Source of the DNA: Octopus vulgaris
Lineage: Eukaryota
Assembly: GCA_951406725.2 (NCBI GenBank)
Contig: OX597833.1
Location: forward strand, 19,840,001 to 19,904,000
DNA length: 64,000 nt
Reading direction: 5' to 3'
A program made the translations under genes and the position numbers. Under the pieces are notes generated by a model. It was not told the origin of the DNA. It ran no database searches and worked only from the letters and a program-made list of their open reading frames with translations. Below are positions 61,969-64,000 of the stretch, one piece after another; position 1 is the first letter of the stretch; each line of letters opens with the position of its first letter.

Positions 61969-64000
61969 TCAGCCATTCAATTTGGGGGAGGACTTAGTTA
62001 TGATGTATTTTTCCGTATTCCTCCTGAAGGAAGTGTCATTTTTTGGACATTTGTAGAAGGGAAAGATCTTAAATTTTCCTTCTCCACATGTATCTAGGTG
62101 TTTACTCAGTGGTATCTTGCGCAGTTCCTCCTGTTGGACATGTTGTCGGTGAATTCTGGCTCGTTGGCATAAAGAATTTCCAGTTTCACCTATATAATCC
62201 TCCTTGCATGTGGGGTAGGTTATGTAGTATATTACGTTCTGCATCTTGCAGTTCATATCTGCATTTACTTTGAATATGTGACCACTTTTAAATTTCATTT
62301 CTTTGTCTCCCTCTATGTATTTGTAGGTGGGGTTACTGCAGATCCCATATCTACCATCTCCGCACTCTTTTACAAAGAATTCAGTTTTAGTTTCTTATGA
62401 GAATTTTCACTCTTGTTAGGTGTTTCTTCAGGTTTTTGTCTTGTCGTCTACTGTTTTTTATGCAATATTTGTTTAGTATGTTTTCCATTTTGTGGCTTTG
62501 TAGGACTTTGTAGGTTTGAATGTATGATTTGAAACATATTGGTAACTCCAGGGTTGTGTGTTTATGAAAGGGATAATGTTTTCTTTGTTTTTTGTTTTGG
62601 GTGTCCTAAGTTGTGTGATGTCCAGTTTCATTGCTCTTGAGATTCCATTTTTTATTAGTTTAAGGGGGTATTTTTGTTCTAGTAGGAAGTTTTTAAGTTC
62701 ATCTAGTCTTATTAGGTGTGTTTGTGAGTCAGTTACTATGCTGCATATGCATCTTGCCATACTATATGGGATGTTTCTTTTTATGTGGGATGGGTAGCAG
62801 GAGTAGAAAATTAAATATTGGTGTGTGTCGTTTTTTTTGTAGTGGATGTCTGTTGTGATGATGGAGTTGTGTATCTTGATGTTGATGTCTAGGAAGGGAA
62901 GTTCGTTGTGGCTGGTATCTATTGTGAAGTTGATAGATGGGTGCAGTGTGTTGAGGATGTTGTGGAATGTTCGTAGGTCTTCTTCTGATCTGTTCCAAAA
63001 GATGAAGCAGTCATCGAGGTAGCATTTCCATTTTTTCTTGATGTATTCTCTGAAGTCATATTTGAAGACTTTCCCTATTTCATCATATAGTTTGTTCTCA
63101 AGGAAACCCATCACCAGGTTGGCATATGGAGGTGCGAATTTTGTACCCATAGCCGTGCCCTTTATCTGTCGGTATGTCTTGTTGTTGAATGAGAATGTAT
63201 TTTCTTCGAGTATTAATTGGGTGGCTTGGGTGATAAAGTCTGTCTTGAAACATTTATCTATGAGTTCCCTGTATTTTTCTACCGATTGTTCTATTGCTTC
63301 CAGACCTAGGGTGTGTGGTATGTTCGTGTATAAGTTTGTGACATTGAAGCTTGCAAGTGTGGTGTTTTTCGGAACTGTATTTGGAATGTGTGTGAGGAAG
63401 TCTATGTCATCCCTTATGTAGCTTGGTATCTGTGGGCATAAAGGTTTGAGGAGTACATCTATGAAGTGGCTTAGTTGTTGTGTTGGCACCTGGGGCCCGC
63501 CACTATTGGTCTCATCGTGAGGTCTGCTGGCCTTTGTATTCTTATATAATGGTTCCTCTGTTCCTTTATGGCTCTCTGTATTTCAGAGCTTTTATGAACT
63601 TTAGGTAATCCATAAAAGTTGCTATCTTTGGTTCTTGAGTTGCATAGATAGTCTTTCTCCTTATCTGTAAAGGAGTCCTGGTATTCATTGACAAAAGTTC
63701 TAATTTTTTTTTCATTGTTGCTTTCTCCGGTGGTGTTGGTTCCTCTTTATAGTATGTCTGGTTGTTCAGCAACTCCAGTATCTTTTCTTTGTAGTAATCT
63801 GTATCCATAATTACTATTGCTCCACCTTTGTCAGCTTCTTTTATAATGATCAACTTGTCATTTTTCAGTTTTTGTAAGGCTTGTTTTTCTCCTCTGGGGA
63901 GATTCTGTTTGCATTTGTGTGTGTTGAGAGGGAATTTAAATATTGTCTCTATGTATGCGTCAAGGTGTTTGTCACTTCCCTTGTGAAATGGGATTTTTTT
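61969..64000 (-). mobile_element. Penelope-like element, RT plus GIY-YIG endonuclease, frameshifted; continues beyond the window
   Basis: IIIKEADKGGAIVIMD, FNVTNLYTNIPH, QIKGTAMGTKFAPPYANL.MG, YLDDCFIFW, LPFLDI; NVIYYITYPTCKEDYIGET..QRARIH. Confidence 0.93.

Noticed and set aside
62473-63489. Telomerase-like or domesticated RT gene
   Set aside because: Frameshifted and followed by GIY-YIG; an ordinary decayed Penelope-like element

Overview
AT-rich, microsatellite-saturated animal genomic DNA. The SINE, RTE, Penelope and Helitron repertoire looks octopod (inference), and most ORF-track entries are (TA)n/(CA)n or SINE artefacts. Two host genes can be read. (1) A minus-strand, multi-exon RI-type leucine-rich-repeat gene resembling LRRC74: six phase-compatible GT-AG exons between 6470 and 21390, plus a probable N-terminal exon at 54044-54439; the 3' end lies left of the window. 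(2) A plus-strand, intronless 263-aa caspase-3/7-like ORF (46642-47433), nested antisense in the inferred large intron. It is intact but lacks both catalytic residues (SHG->TQG, QACRG->QNADT) and has a candidate NRF1-motif promoter and non-coding first exon near 39.8-40.0 kb. The rest is transposon debris: Helitrons, mariner/Tc1, MITEs, CR1, RTE, Penelope-like elements, an internally inverted Gypsy relic and many tRNA-SINEs. Several short (TA)n-flanked Penelope-type relics carry minimal hammerhead ribozyme motifs, including a U3-A8 compensated core and one with an 88-nt stem II loop, and there are several long fold-back inverted repeats.
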